Shown here: one piece after another, positions 20,035 through 29,709 of the stretch
How the letters are laid out: each line of letters begins with the position of its first letter
Numbering within the stretch: position 1 is the first letter of the stretch
DNA from: Acidobacteriota bacterium
Lineage (GTDB): Bacteria > Acidobacteriota > Thermoanaerobaculia > Multivoradales > UBA5704
NCBI GenBank assembly: GCA_040005235.1
Contig: JBDTZG010000012.1
Span: 32,001 to 96,000, forward strand
Length of the DNA: 64,000 nt
Reading direction: 5' to 3'
Position numbers and translations under genes: made by a program
Notes under the pieces: generated by a model
Database searches by the model: none
What the model was told of the DNA's origin: nothing
The model's input: the letters and a program-made list of their open reading frames with translations, nothing else

Positions 20035-20718
20035 CTAGGCACGCCGGGCGAGCGCGAGCAGCTGATAGCCGAGCAGCGTCGGCATCAGCCGCGTGAGCCC
20101 GACGAGCAGCCCTTCGGCCGGGGTGAGCAGCCAGCCCGGCCAACCCGGGAGCGCGAGGCGGAGCGGCAGGGTCGAAACCGCCCGCCTCTCGACCCGGAAT
20201 CCCGCCGCTGCCAACCGGCGTTCGAGGGTTCGGCGGGTCAGAAACACCCGATGGGTCCGGTCGAGAATTCCGCGCTCCGCGTAGTCGAAGCGACCGAACA
20301 ACAGCGCCAGGCGGACGGTCAGGTTCGCGATGTTCGGCACCGAGACCAGCAGCGGTGCCCCGGAGGGCAGCGCAGCCGCAAGCTGGGCGAGCGTACGATC
20401 CGGATCGACCAGGTGTTCGAGCACGTCGGCGGCGAGCGCGGCGTCGAAGCTGCGGGGCAGTCGGTCGAGGGTTTCGAGATCGACGATCGCCCCTCCGGCG
20501 AAACGCTCCGCGAGCGGTGCCAAACCTTCCAAGCTCCCTTCGAGCCCGACCCAATGGAGATCGGCGCGCCCGGCCAGCCGCGCCACCTGGCCGGTGCCCG
20601 GTCCCAGCTCCAGCAGGCGAACCCCTATGGGCAGCTCGCGCACCCAGGCCGCGAGTTGCCGGTGACTGGAGCCGTGGAAATCCTTGAGCACGTAGCTCCC
20701 GGGAGCCGGCGTGATCAT
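20035..20718 (-). CDS. Class I SAM-dependent methyltransferase
   Basis: LLELGPGTG, DVLEHLVDP, SVPN, GILDRTH. Confidence 0.85.
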   Translation of the reverse strand: MITPAPGSYVLKDFHGSSHRQLAAWVRELPIGVRLLELGPGTGQVARLAGRADLHWVGLEGSLEGLAPLAERFAGGAIVDLETLDRLPRSFDAALAADVLEHLVDPDRTLAQLAAALPSGAPLLVSVPNIANLTVRLALLFGRFDYAERGILDRTHRVFLTRRTLERRLAAAGFRVERRAVSTLPLRLALPGWPGWLLTPAEGLLVGLTRLMPTLLGYQLLALARRA

Positions 20719-21614
20719 TCGGCCTCTCCGGGCTGCGCGGGAGCCGGGGTCAATTCGATCGCCTCGGCGGCCGCCAGCAGGGGATAGCGAAGGATCTTCT
20801 TCTTGTGCAGCTTGTAGCGCACGAGCACGCCCAGGATCGAAAAACCGTACTGGACGCTCTTCCAGAAACCGATCTGGGACGCCTCGTCGAAATAGCGCGT
20901 GGCGATCGGGATCTCGCGAATCCGCAATCTGCGCCAGACCCCTTGGGCGATGATCTCGGTGTCGAACACGAAGTTGTCCGAGTTCGCTTCGAGGGCGACC
21001 CCTTCGAGGTAGCGCCGGCTATAGGCCCGCAGGCCGGAGTGGTATTCCGACAGGAAAACGTAAAACGTGGCGTTCGCGAGCGCGGTGAGCCCCAGGTTTG
21101 CCAGGTACTTCCACTTCGGCATTCCCCCTTCGAGCGGCCGGCCGCCGAGCATTCGACTGCCGAACACGGCGTCGCATTCGCCCGAGATCAATGGCCCGAC
21201 CAGCTGGGGGATCGCCTTGGGATCGTACTGATGGTCGGGATGGACCATCACCACGATGTCCGCCCCGCGCGCGAGCGCCTCGCGGTAGCAGGTCTTCTGG
21301 TTGCCGCCATAGCCCCGATTCTGCGGATGGACGACCGTATGAATCCCCAACTCGCGGGCGATCGCCACGGTCCGGTCCCGGCTGCCGTCGTCAACCAGCA
21401 CGACGTCATCCACCCAACGTAACGGCAGATCGGAAAACGTCCGCTCGAGCGTCGTCTCCGCGTTGTAGGCGGGCATGACGACGCAGATCTTCTGCAGACG
21501 GGGCGCACCAGTCGCGGTTTCCACGGCAGCGAAGTCTAGGGGGCTCCGCGGCAGGAATCCAGCTTGAACGGCGATTCCGCCGCCGTCCGTCCCCCTCTCT
21601 TCCCCACCCATCAC
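20715..21614 (-). CDS. GT2 glycosyltransferase (DPM1-like)
   Basis: VVMPAYNA, LVDDGSRD, GYGGNQKTCY, FVFDTE; start uncertain. Confidence 0.9.
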   Translation of the reverse strand: MMGGEERGTDGGGIAVQAGFLPRSPLDFAAVETATGAPRLQKICVVMPAYNAETTLERTFSDLPLRWVDDVVLVDDGSRDRTVAIARELGIHTVVHPQNRGYGGNQKTCYREALARGADIVVMVHPDHQYDPKAIPQLVGPLISGECDAVFGSRMLGGRPLEGGMPKWKYLANLGLTALANATFYVFLSEYHSGLRAYSRRYLEGVALEANSDNFVFDTEIIAQGVWRRLRIREIPIATRYFDEASQIGFWKSVQYGFSILGVLVRYKLHKKKILRYPLLAAAEAIELTPAPAQPGEAE

Positions 21615-21653
21615 GTTCTACGGATATACTCCGGTCCCTTTTCGAGGTTCTTG

Positions 21654-22007
21654 ATGCCTTCCGTAGAGACTGCCGAAGCCCGACCCATGCCTATTCCGGC
21701 CTCCCGCTCGCTGGAGAACGCGATTGAGGATGCCGAGCGGTTCGGTCGATTGGAGGCCGAGGCATTCGAAGCCGGGCTGCGCGAGATCGAGCAGCGGGAA
21801 CGCGAGAACCTGATGGGAAAGACGGCGCTCGCCTCGGATCAGTTCGGTCCCGGGGTCCAAGACGACCTCCCGGTGGCGACTAGTACGGAAGTGCTTCGTC
21901 TCCGCCGTGAGATCGACCGGCTCGCCGATTTTCACCGGACGCTCCTCCATTCGCGATCTTGGCGCCTGCTCCAGGCGCTCAAGCGTCCGATCGGACGGGC
22001 CTGGTAG
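21654..22007 (+). CDS. Small coiled-coil protein with a C-terminal SRSWRL amphipathic motif
   Basis: ORF in an apparent operon with a GT; ends LLHSRSWRLLQALKRPIGRAW; alternative start 21687. Confidence 0.55.
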   Translation: MPSVETAEARPMPIPASRSLENAIEDAERFGRLEAEAFEAGLREIEQRERENLMGKTALASDQFGPGVQDDLPVATSTEVLRLRREIDRLADFHRTLLHSRSWRLLQALKRPIGRAW

Positions 22008-22029
22008 GGGATCGGGGCGCAAAGGAACG

Positions 22030-22332
22030 ATGCCGAACGACCGGGACGCTTTGGAGTCCGCGCTACGGATCGCCCGCCTCGAAGCGCGGGTGGCCACGCT
22101 CGAAGAGGCGTTGCTGCGCCGCTCCAGGGAGTTGCGCGAGCTGCAGCGTCATCTGCCGAGCTGGGAGCTTTTGAACCTGTCGCGCCTGGCCGGCGGGCTG
22201 CCTCCGGTTCCCCACGGACGCTACGACCTCGAAGTCTGGCGCGAGACGACCGCACTTTCCCACGCGAGCGTAGAAGAGACGCTGCTCGACCTTTGGCAGA
22301 GCCTGACCCCTACAGTCGCCGCCTCCCGATGA
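22030..22332 (+). CDS. Small coiled-coil hypothetical protein
   Basis: AAGGA RBS; its stop overlaps the next start (ATGA). Confidence 0.6.
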   Translation: MPNDRDALESALRIARLEARVATLEEALLRRSRELRELQRHLPSWELLNLSRLAGGLPPVPHGRYDLEVWRETTALSHASVEETLLDLWQSLTPTVAASR

Positions 22333-24215
22333 CCGATTTTGCCTCGACATCGCCTCCCGGCGCCCCGTCGCGGAAGGCCACGCTGCTGGTTCTCGCCTGG
22401 AATCGTTGGGATCTCACCGAGCGCTGCCTCGCCACCCTGCTTACGACCGACCTTAGAAACACCGAGGTTCTGGTGGTCGACAACGGTTCGACCGATGAGA
22501 CGCCGGAGCGGCTGGCCGAAATCAGCGGGATCCGCGTGCTGCGGCTGCCTAAAAACCTCGGCTTCGTGCGCGGCAACAACGCCGGAATCGCCGCCGTCGA
22601 TCCGGCCAACGACATCGTCTTGTTGAACAACGACCTGATTTTTACTCAGGACGACTGGCTGACCCGCCTGCGCGCGGCCGCCGTGTCGGACCCGAAGATC
22701 GGCGTCGTCGGCGCCCGGCTGCGGCTGCCGGACGGCAGGTTGCTCCATGCCGGAACTTACATCCTGCCCGACACCATGTGGGGCCAGCAGATCGGATCGC
22801 TCGAACAGGACCTCGGCCAGTACACGGCGGAGGTCCGCGAGGTCGAGGGGATCGTCTTTGCCTGCGCCTATATCAAGCGCGAGCTGATGGCGCAGATCGG
22901 CGGCCTGGCGCTCGATTTCGAGTCGTATTTCGAGGACACCGACTACTGCTTGCGGGCGCGGGACGCGGGCTTTAAGACCGTCGTCTGCGGCGGCGTCACT
23001 CTGATCCATGACGAGCACGGCTCGACCCAAAACGACCCCGATTCGCTCGGCCGCCTGTTCCAGACCAGCCGCGCGACGTTCCGGGCGAAATGGGGATCGG
23101 ATCTGGCGGACCGCTACGGGCATCGCCTGCTCTGGCAGTCGATCATGAACTTCCCCACCGGCTACGCGATGAGCTGCCGCGAGATCCTGCGCGCGCTCGA
23201 TGCCGAGGGGGTGGAGGTCGCCTACCGCTACGTCTACGGGCCGCGCACGGTATTTCCGCCCAACGAGCCGGAGGACAGCGAGGACTACCGGCTGAACGTG
23301 CTGCGCTCGCGGCGCGTCTCGTGGCGCCCGAAAGCCTCGGTGGTCTACGGCCAGGCCGACGTCTTTGGCAGCAACCGCGGCCGGATCAAGATTGGCTACA
23401 CGATGCTCGAAGTCGACGGCTTCCCCCGCGACTGGGTGCGCGCGGCGCAGAAGATGGCCGAGGTCTGGGTGCCGAGCGAGTTCAACCGGCAGGGATTTCT
23501 CGACTCGGGTCTCACCCGGCCGATCCAGATCGTCCCTCTCGGCGTCGACACCCATTATTTCCATCCCGGGCTCCACTCCTTCCCCAACCCGCATGGGGAA
23601 TACGTCTTCTTCTCCGCATTCGAGTGGGGGGAGCGCAAAGAGCCCGGTCTGCTGCTCAAGATCTTCAACGACGAGTTCGGCTGCGACGAGCCGGTGCGTC
23701 TGGTCTGCAAGGTGATCAATCGCGATCCCGGCTTGAAGCTCAAGGAGGAGATCCGCGCCCTGCGCCTGCGCGATCAGGGGGGCCGGATCTCGTTCCTGTT
23801 CAACCAGGAGTTCCCCCACTATCAGCTCGGTTCGCTCTACCGGTCAATGGACTGTTTCGTCTCGGTGTCGCGCGGCGAGGGGTGGAACATGCCGCTGATG
23901 GAGGCGATGGCCTGCGGCCTTCCCGCGATCGCCACCGATTGGGGCGCTCATCGCGAGTTCGTCCACGAGGGGAACGCCTATCCGCTGCGCGTTCGCGGCA
24001 CCATCCCCGCGATCGCAAAGTGCCCCTATTACACGGGTTTCCGTTGGGCCGATCCGGACCCCGACCACCTGCGCCACCTGATGCGCTGGGTGTTCGAGCA
24101 CCGCGACGAGGCGCGGGCCAAAGGCGCCCAAGCCGCCCGCGAGGTCGCCGAACGTTGGACCTGGCGGCACACCGCGCAGAAGATCGTCGCGCGGTTGACG
24201 GCATTGGGCGCCTGA
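22329..24215 (+). CDS. Bifunctional GT2 + GT4 glycosyltransferase
   Basis: VVDNGSTD, LLNND, YFEDTDYC (GT2); RGEGWNMPLMEAMACGLP (GT4 EX7E). Confidence 0.9.
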   Translation: MTDFASTSPPGAPSRKATLLVLAWNRWDLTERCLATLLTTDLRNTEVLVVDNGSTDETPERLAEISGIRVLRLPKNLGFVRGNNAGIAAVDPANDIVLLNNDLIFTQDDWLTRLRAAAVSDPKIGVVGARLRLPDGRLLHAGTYILPDTMWGQQIGSLEQDLGQYTAEVREVEGIVFACAYIKRELMAQIGGLALDFESYFEDTDYCLRARDAGFKTVVCGGVTLIHDEHGSTQNDPDSLGRLFQTSRATFRAKWGSDLADRYGHRLLWQSIMNFPTGYAMSCREILRALDAEGVEVAYRYVYGPRTVFPPNEPEDSEDYRLNVLRSRRVSWRPKASVVYGQADVFGSNRGRIKIGYTMLEVDGFPRDWVRAAQKMAEVWVPSEFNRQGFLDSGLTRPIQIVPLGVDTHYFHPGLHSFPNPHGEYVFFSAFEWGERKEPGLLLKIFNDEFGCDEPVRLVCKVINRDPGLKLKEEIRALRLRDQGGRISFLFNQEFPHYQLGSLYRSMDCFVSVSRGEGWNMPLMEAMACGLPAIATDWGAHREFVHEGNAYPLRVRGTIPAIAKCPYYTGFRWADPDPDHLRHLMRWVFEHRDEARAKGAQAAREVAERWTWRHTAQKIVARLTALGA

Positions 24216-24225
24216 GAACGTCGCC

Positions 24226-25368
24226 CTAGTCGATCGCCTCGCCCTTCTCCACCTTGGCGATCAGGTTCTCCAGGTTCTTCTTCGCCGCGTCGTCGGGCGC
24301 GGTCGTGAACGCGGCTTTCAAATGCCGCAGGGCGTCGTCTTTCTTGCCCGCGGCCGCGCTCGCTCGGCCGAGGCTCACCTCGGTCGGCCAGACCCCGGGG
24401 AAGCGCTTGCCGTTGGTCTCCAAGACCTTGATGCCGAGGGCGGTCTTCTTTGCCGCCAGGAACTGTCGGCCGGCGTTGTGAATCTCGAAGGCGCCCGCGG
24501 ACGGGTGGCTGATCGCCAGATCGAGCGTCTTGGCCGATTCCGCGGTCTGGCCATTGGCTTCCTGGAGCGCGGCGAGGGTGGAGAGAGTGGTGAAATTGGC
24601 CTGACCGCCGAACGAACCGGCTACCGCGGCCTGTGCCCAGGCGAGGCCCTCGGGCAGGTTGACCAGATGCGCGAGGCAGAAGTTCGCCGCCGCATCCCAG
24701 TTCTGCCAGGAGAAGCCTTGGGAGTTCTGCAGCTCGCGGCGGATGTTTTCGACGTAGAGCTGGTCGGCGTTCGGCACGTCGATCTTCAAGGGGAGGGCGA
24801 GGTTTTCCCACTCCAGCTCGACCGTCGCGGTGGCCGGCTGGCGATCGACGAACTCGTAGGTCAGAAACTCGCGATAGGCGCTCTCGACCGGTTTGGCGGT
24901 CACCCGCAAAGCGTCTTGCTTGGCGTCATAGAAAAAGCTGCCCCACGCGGTCGAGTTGTGGGAAAAGACCACCGTCCATTCCTCTTTGCCCGGAATGAAA
25001 TGCAAGCCGTAGGTGCCGGCCGGGAGCGGCTTGCCTTGCACCACCACGTCCTGATCGACCGAAAACGTGGTGTTCTGGTTCGAGCCGCCCCGCCAGGGGC
25101 ACTGGTCGCCGCAGGTGCCGAACCCCAGGTTCGCCAGTCCATACGGGACCAGGTCACCCCAGATCTTGCCTTTGCGGTCGGTGCCGTCCGGCGCGTGGAC
25201 GTTCGGGCTGTTGTAGGTGATCTCGACGTTGACCCGGCCGATCTGCTGCGACACTTCGGAGTGCTGGTTGTCGCCGCTCGGAGGAAGGGTGAGGCCCTGG
25301 GAGACGGAGGGGGAAGCAAGTGCGAGGAGAGTGAGGAGTGTGAGGCAGGGTCTCAAAGAACGCTTCAT
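24226..25368 (-). CDS. DUF2911-domain secreted protein with a helical (TPR-like) C-terminus
   Basis: VSQQIG..VEITYNSP, IWGDLVPYG, PWRGGSN, LPAGTYGLH, QDALRV. Confidence 0.85.
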   Translation of the reverse strand: MKRSLRPCLTLLTLLALASPSVSQGLTLPPSGDNQHSEVSQQIGRVNVEITYNSPNVHAPDGTDRKGKIWGDLVPYGLANLGFGTCGDQCPWRGGSNQNTTFSVDQDVVVQGKPLPAGTYGLHFIPGKEEWTVVFSHNSTAWGSFFYDAKQDALRVTAKPVESAYREFLTYEFVDRQPATATVELEWENLALPLKIDVPNADQLYVENIRRELQNSQGFSWQNWDAAANFCLAHLVNLPEGLAWAQAAVAGSFGGQANFTTLSTLAALQEANGQTAESAKTLDLAISHPSAGAFEIHNAGRQFLAAKKTALGIKVLETNGKRFPGVWPTEVSLGRASAAAGKKDDALRHLKAAFTTAPDDAAKKNLENLIAKVEKGEAID

Positions 25369-25422
25369 CAGTGTTTCCTCCCGGTGGGCGTGGATGTCCT
25401 CTCGATGGACTTGGAAGACAGC

Positions 25423-25448
25423 TACGCAACGGCTCGGCGAAGGTTTGC
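25423..25448 (-). promoter_or_regulatory. Candidate ECF sigma promoter for the DUF2911 gene
   Basis: Minus strand GCAAAC-N16-CGTA. Confidence 0.4.
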
Positions 25449-25474
25449 CCGGTTTCGTTTACGATGCCTGCATC

Positions 25475-26587
25475 ATGCGCCGCTTAACGCCGCTCTTCCT
25501 GCTGGTTCTGGTCCTTCCGCTCGCCCCCGGGGCCGCCCGAGCCCAGGCGCCGACGTTCGACGCCCAGGCCGCCGCGCGCTTCGCCGATCTGGCGCTCGCC
25601 TGCGTCGGCAAGGAATATCCCAACAAGATCGCCCACGTGATGACCGGCGATGCCGACGCCAAGCCGCCGCACCTGCTCACCCCCGCGTTCTTCGGCTGCT
25701 ACGACTGGCACTCCGCCGTCCACGGCCATTGGCTGCTCGCCCGGCTCGCGCGGACCTATCCGGAAGCGCCGTTCGCGGCACCGGCCCGCGCGGCCCTCGC
25801 CGCGAGCCTTACCCCGGAAAAGATCACCGCCGAGGTGGCCTATTTAGACGGCCCGGGCCGAGTCTCGTTCGAGCGTCCCTACGGCCTCGCCTGGCTGCTC
25901 CAGCTCGGCGCCGAGCTGCGCGGCTGGGACGACCCGCAAGCCAAATCCTGGTCCGCCGCGCTCGCGCCGCTCGAACGGGCGGCGGCGAAACGGATCTCCG
26001 ACTGGCTGCCGAAGCTCTCGCGGCCGATCCGGATCGGCGAGCACGACCAGACCGCGTTCTCGTTCGGGCTGATCCTCGATTGGGCGCGCGCCGCCAAGGA
26101 CGCCGATCTCGAAAGGTTGGTCCTCGAACGCAGCCAGGCGTACTACCTCGCCGACCGCACCTGCCCGCTGTCGTATGAACCGTCGGGCCAGGACTTTCTC
26201 TCCCCCTGCCTCGCCGAGGCCGACCTGATGCGGCGCATCCTGCCGGCCGAGCGTTTCGCCGCCTGGCTCGGCGACTTCCTGCCGCAGATCCCCAAGGCGA
26301 TCGAAGCCCCCGGCTCGCCCTCGTGGCTGGAGCCCGCGATCGTCACCGATCCGACCGACCCCAAGCTCGCGCATCTGGACGGCTTGAACCTCTCGCGCGC
26401 CTGGATGCTCGAAGGGATCGTCGCCAGCCTGCCCGCCACCGATCCCCGCCTGCCGGAGCTGCGCGCCACCGCCCTGCGCCATCGCAAGGCGGGGCTCGCC
26501 GCGGTGACCGGGGAGCACTACGAGGGAGGGCACTGGCTCGGCAGCTTCGCCACCTACTTGGCGACCGGCCGGGGGCTCGAACGGTAG
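25475..26587 (+). CDS. DUF2891 family secreted protein
   Basis: EYPNK, PAFFGCYDWHSAVHGHW, FERPYGLAWLL, AHLDGLNLSRAW, YEGGHWLGSFA. Confidence 0.9.
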   Translation: MRRLTPLFLLVLVLPLAPGAARAQAPTFDAQAAARFADLALACVGKEYPNKIAHVMTGDADAKPPHLLTPAFFGCYDWHSAVHGHWLLARLARTYPEAPFAAPARAALAASLTPEKITAEVAYLDGPGRVSFERPYGLAWLLQLGAELRGWDDPQAKSWSAALAPLERAAAKRISDWLPKLSRPIRIGEHDQTAFSFGLILDWARAAKDADLERLVLERSQAYYLADRTCPLSYEPSGQDFLSPCLAEADLMRRILPAERFAAWLGDFLPQIPKAIEAPGSPSWLEPAIVTDPTDPKLAHLDGLNLSRAWMLEGIVASLPATDPRLPELRATALRHRKAGLAAVTGEHYEGGHWLGSFATYLATGRGLER

Positions 26588-26628
26588 GGGCGATTCTGGA
26601 GGCACAGGAGCTGGATCGGCGCGGCGAC

Positions 26629-27399
26629 CTACAGCATCTCGGCTTTCCGCGCCCGCCGCAGCACTTCGCCGCCCAGCTTGCCGTAGGCGGCGGCGCCGGT
26701 CGACCAGGACTCGTAGTCGAAGATGCTCCGGCCATAGCCAGGCGCCTCGGCGAGGCGGACGTTGATCGGGATCTCGGTCTTGAGCACCTTGCTGCCGTAC
26801 TTCTTGCGCAGATCGGCCACCAGCTCCTCGGTCAGCTTGGTCCGGTGGTCGACCATGGTGAGCAGAATGCCGAGCAGTTGCGTCTTGCCCACCCGGTCCT
26901 TGTTCAGCTCCAACAGCTCGAAGAAACCGCCCAGCGCATCGGCGTCCAGGTGGTGCGGCGCGAGCGGCACGAGGTAGGCGTCGGAGGCGGCGAGCCCGTT
27001 GACCGTCAAAACCGACAGACCCGGCGGGCAGTCGATGACCACCGCGTCGAACCGGCGGCGAACGGACGCAAGAGCCTTCTTGAGCAGTTTCTCCGGCTCC
27101 TGCTTCCGGGCGACCGCGAGGTCCATACCGGCCAAGGCGAGCGCGCCGGGGATCAGCGAGACCCCTTCGATGCTCGACTCCCGAATCGCCTCGGCCGCCT
27201 CGACCTTGCCCAACAGCAGATCGGCGGTCGAAGGCTCGGCGTCGGCCCGGCCCACCCCGAGCGAATAGCTCGCCGACCCCTGCGGATCCAGGTCGACGAC
27301 CAGGGTCTTCAAGCCCCCGCGGGCGAAAGCCGCCGTCAGGTTCACCGCCGTCGTGGTCTTGCCCACTCCTCCTTTGACGTTCACCAGAGCCAGATTCAT
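26629..27399 (-). CDS. Orphan ParA/Soj-family ATPase
   Basis: KGGVGKTT deviant Walker A, DLDPQG, IDCPP; GAGGAG RBS; no parB nearby. Confidence 0.9.
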   Translation of the reverse strand: MNLALVNVKGGVGKTTTAVNLTAAFARGGLKTLVVDLDPQGSASYSLGVGRADAEPSTADLLLGKVEAAEAIRESSIEGVSLIPGALALAGMDLAVARKQEPEKLLKKALASVRRRFDAVVIDCPPGLSVLTVNGLAASDAYLVPLAPHHLDADALGGFFELLELNKDRVGKTQLLGILLTMVDHRTKLTEELVADLRKKYGSKVLKTEIPINVRLAEAPGYGRSIFDYESWSTGAAAYGKLGGEVLRRARKAEML

Positions 27400-27555
27400 C
27401 GCGTCCTCCTCGTTTGCAACGATTCTACGCAAGTCTATCCGTCGGGAGTGCGGAGCGCGAACGGAACGAGGAAATGCGAAAAAACCCGGCCGACCGGCAT
27501 CCGTACGGAAGCCGATCGACCGGGTTGCGGGGAGGCCCCCCGAGAGGGGCGAAAA

Positions 27556-28125
27556 TCAGTTCGGCATCAGCACCGCGTCGACGACGTGGATGACGCCATT
27601 ACTCTGGAAGACGTCGGCGGTAGTGACGGTCGCGGAGTTGCCCTTCTCGTCCCAGATCTTGACCGCTTTGCCGTCGAGCTTCGCGATCAGCTTGCCGCCG
27701 GCCACCGTGTCGAGCGTCGCCTTGCCGCCACCCGCCTTGATCTTCGCCATCAAGGAGGCCGCGTCCCATTTGCCCGCGACGACGTGGTAAGTGAGGATCT
27801 TGACCAGGGTCGCCTTGTTCTCGGGCTTGAGCAGATTTTCGACCGTTCCGGCCGGCAGCGCGGCGAACGCGGCGTTGGTGGGCGCAAAGACCGTGAACGG
27901 CCCCGGACCCTTGAGCGTATCGACCAGTCCGGCGGCCTTGACCGCGGCGACCAGGGTCGTATGGTCCTTCGAGTTGACGGCGTTGTCGATGATGTCCTTG
28001 GTCGGATACATCTCCGCACCACCAACCATCTTGGTTCCCATCTCATGGTTCGGAGCCGCGATGACGGTCGACGCGACCAGGGCGGCCGCCAAACCCATCC
28101 AGATTTTCACATTCTTGGAACGCAT
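27556..28125 (-). CDS. Secreted fasciclin (FAS1) domain protein
   Basis: TLVAAVKAAGL, GPFTVFAPTNAAF, ILTYHVV, NGVIHVVDAVL. Confidence 0.93.
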   Translation of the reverse strand: MRSKNVKIWMGLAAALVASTVIAAPNHEMGTKMVGGAEMYPTKDIIDNAVNSKDHTTLVAAVKAAGLVDTLKGPGPFTVFAPTNAAFAALPAGTVENLLKPENKATLVKILTYHVVAGKWDAASLMAKIKAGGGKATLDTVAGGKLIAKLDGKAVKIWDEKGNSATVTTADVFQSNGVIHVVDAVLMPN

Positions 28126-28200
28126 GTGGGAATTCCTCTCAATTGGCATTCGGTCTCAGGAGAGCTCATGCAGGCCTCTTTTGGCGCCTGCAAACACTCC

Positions 28201-28226
28201 TACGCGGACAGGAGCATTCCGGATGA
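28201..28226 (-). promoter_or_regulatory. Candidate ECF (SigK/RpoE-type) promoter for the fasciclin gene
   Basis: Minus strand TCATCC-N16-CGTA. Confidence 0.45.
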
Positions 28227-28248
28227 GATCGGCGGCGAGGCCGCTTCC

Positions 28249-28467
28249 TTACGCCGAAGCGATCGCCCAGAGGAACATCACGATCCCCGCCGCGACCAGG
28301 AAGCCGCCGGGGAACATGAAGACGATGAAGGCGAGCGGGTGCGCGGAGCTTAAGGTGAGCGCCTGGATCGCGAGTCCGGGGGCGATCAGCAGCGCCGCCC
28401 GGCGCAGGCGCTTGTCGGTCGGTCGATCGCTGGCCTGGGGGTCCGCGCCGGCTTCCAAGGCGGTCAT
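28249..28467 (-). CDS. Small 2-TM membrane protein coupled to the NapC-like gene
   Basis: ATGA overlap with the napC-like stop; two hydrophobic segments. Confidence 0.6.
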   Translation of the reverse strand: MTALEAGADPQASDRPTDKRLRRAALLIAPGLAIQALTLSSAHPLAFIVFMFPGGFLVAAGIVMFLWAIASA

Positions 28468-29078
28468 GGCTTGGGCTCCTTCCACAGGGCGTGCTTGGCG
28501 ATGTTGGCCGCGTCGTGAACGTCGCTGTGGCATTCGATGCAGGAAGTCTTCTCGGCCGCGAGGTCTTCCAGCTGGTCGTCGTGCCCTTCGCTCTCGACGT
28601 AGCCGCGCGATCCGGCATGGCAATGCAGGCACTCGCGATTCTGGAACGGCTCGTACAGCGCGATCTTCGCGGGCATCGTGCCGAGATAGTTGATATACAG
28701 ATGGCGCAGGCCGCGGATCTTCGACTTGAATCCGCCGAACATGGCGTAGTTCGTATGGCAGGTGTAACACGCCTGGTCGCGCGGGATGCGCCGGTTCTGG
28801 AAGTGCGCCGCCGGCACGAAGTCGGCGCTGTCGATGTGAAGGCTCTTGCCGTACGGCTCCATCACGTGGCAGGAAAGGCAGAACTCGGTCGATTTCGACC
28901 GCTCGAGGTGCGCTTCGAGCGCGAAGACGGTGCCCAGCACGGGCAGCAGGAAAAACGCCAGGAACGCCAGAACCTTGCCGCCGCGAACGGCGGTGAGATT
29001 CGGACGAACGGCGACGACGGCGATCAATGCGATCGCAAAGACGATCAGCGAGACGACGGCCAAGGCCATGCCGGACAT
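28464..29078 (-). CDS. NapC/NirT-family membrane tetraheme cytochrome c (CymA/ImoA-like)
   Basis: N-terminal TM helices; CLSCH, CYTCH, CLHCH, CIECH; STEFCLSCHVM. Confidence 0.85.
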   Translation of the reverse strand: MSGMALAVVSLIVFAIALIAVVAVRPNLTAVRGGKVLAFLAFFLLPVLGTVFALEAHLERSKSTEFCLSCHVMEPYGKSLHIDSADFVPAAHFQNRRIPRDQACYTCHTNYAMFGGFKSKIRGLRHLYINYLGTMPAKIALYEPFQNRECLHCHAGSRGYVESEGHDDQLEDLAAEKTSCIECHSDVHDAANIAKHALWKEPKP

Positions 29079-29109
29079 GCGGCGATTCCCTCCCGTTTCA
29101 AGCGAAGCT

Positions 29110-29451
29110 TCACTTGGCCTTCTGAGCTACCAGCCAATCCAAAACCGCTTGGATCTCCTCGTCGGTTCCCTTGAATTCCTTCGTGTGCTTCTTGCCTTTT
29201 TCTCCACCCGGCTCCAGCTTGCGCAGAAATTTGATCAGTTTCGGCGCATCCGCCGCCTTGACCTTGCCGGTGAGATCGGGCGCCTTCATCTTGTCGCTGG
29301 TTTGGGTGATTCCGGCCGCCGAAATTGAATGACAAAGGTTGCATTTCTGGGCGAGGAAAATCGCCTTGCCATCCAAAGCAGCTCCGGCCGCCGAAACGAA
29401 GGTCAAGGCGAGGCCCACGGTGAAAGCCGCCAGTAGTCGTCGATTTTGCAT
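29110..29451 (-). CDS. Periplasmic monoheme cytochrome c
   Basis: Signal peptide; one CNLCH; distal His candidate in KKHTK. Confidence 0.85.
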   Translation of the reverse strand: MQNRRLLAAFTVGLALTFVSAAGAALDGKAIFLAQKCNLCHSISAAGITQTSDKMKAPDLTGKVKAADAPKLIKFLRKLEPGGEKGKKHTKEFKGTDEEIQAVLDWLVAQKAK

Positions 29452-29566
29452 TGAGGTCTTCTCCTGTCAGTAACGACCGGAGTGTAACGCCGCGGTCCAC
29501 GCGTAGGGACCCAGAGCGGCGGTTGTTCAAGAAGTCTACCCCACGGCGCGCGGCTACCCTTTTGTC

Positions 29567-29584
29567 CCTACCCTGGAGGGTAGG
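29567..29584. promoter_or_regulatory. Palindromic operator candidate between the divergent cytochrome operons
   Basis: CCTACCCT-gg-AGGGTAGG, with extra CTACCC half-sites at about 29536 and 29554. Confidence 0.5.
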
Positions 29585-29709
29585 AGCGAGGCCACCTCGC
29601 AAGAGTGCGACTTTCTCCCCTCGATCTGAAGAATGAACCTCGTCGTACTTTCTCGATCCAGCTTCACCAGAGAGAGCCGGTCCTTTACGTCCGGTCGGAG
29701 GGGCTCCGC

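Noticed and set aside
26629-27399. ParA as a sign of an integrated plasmid or prophage
   Set aside because: No parB, rep, integrase or phage genes are nearby; host-like composition
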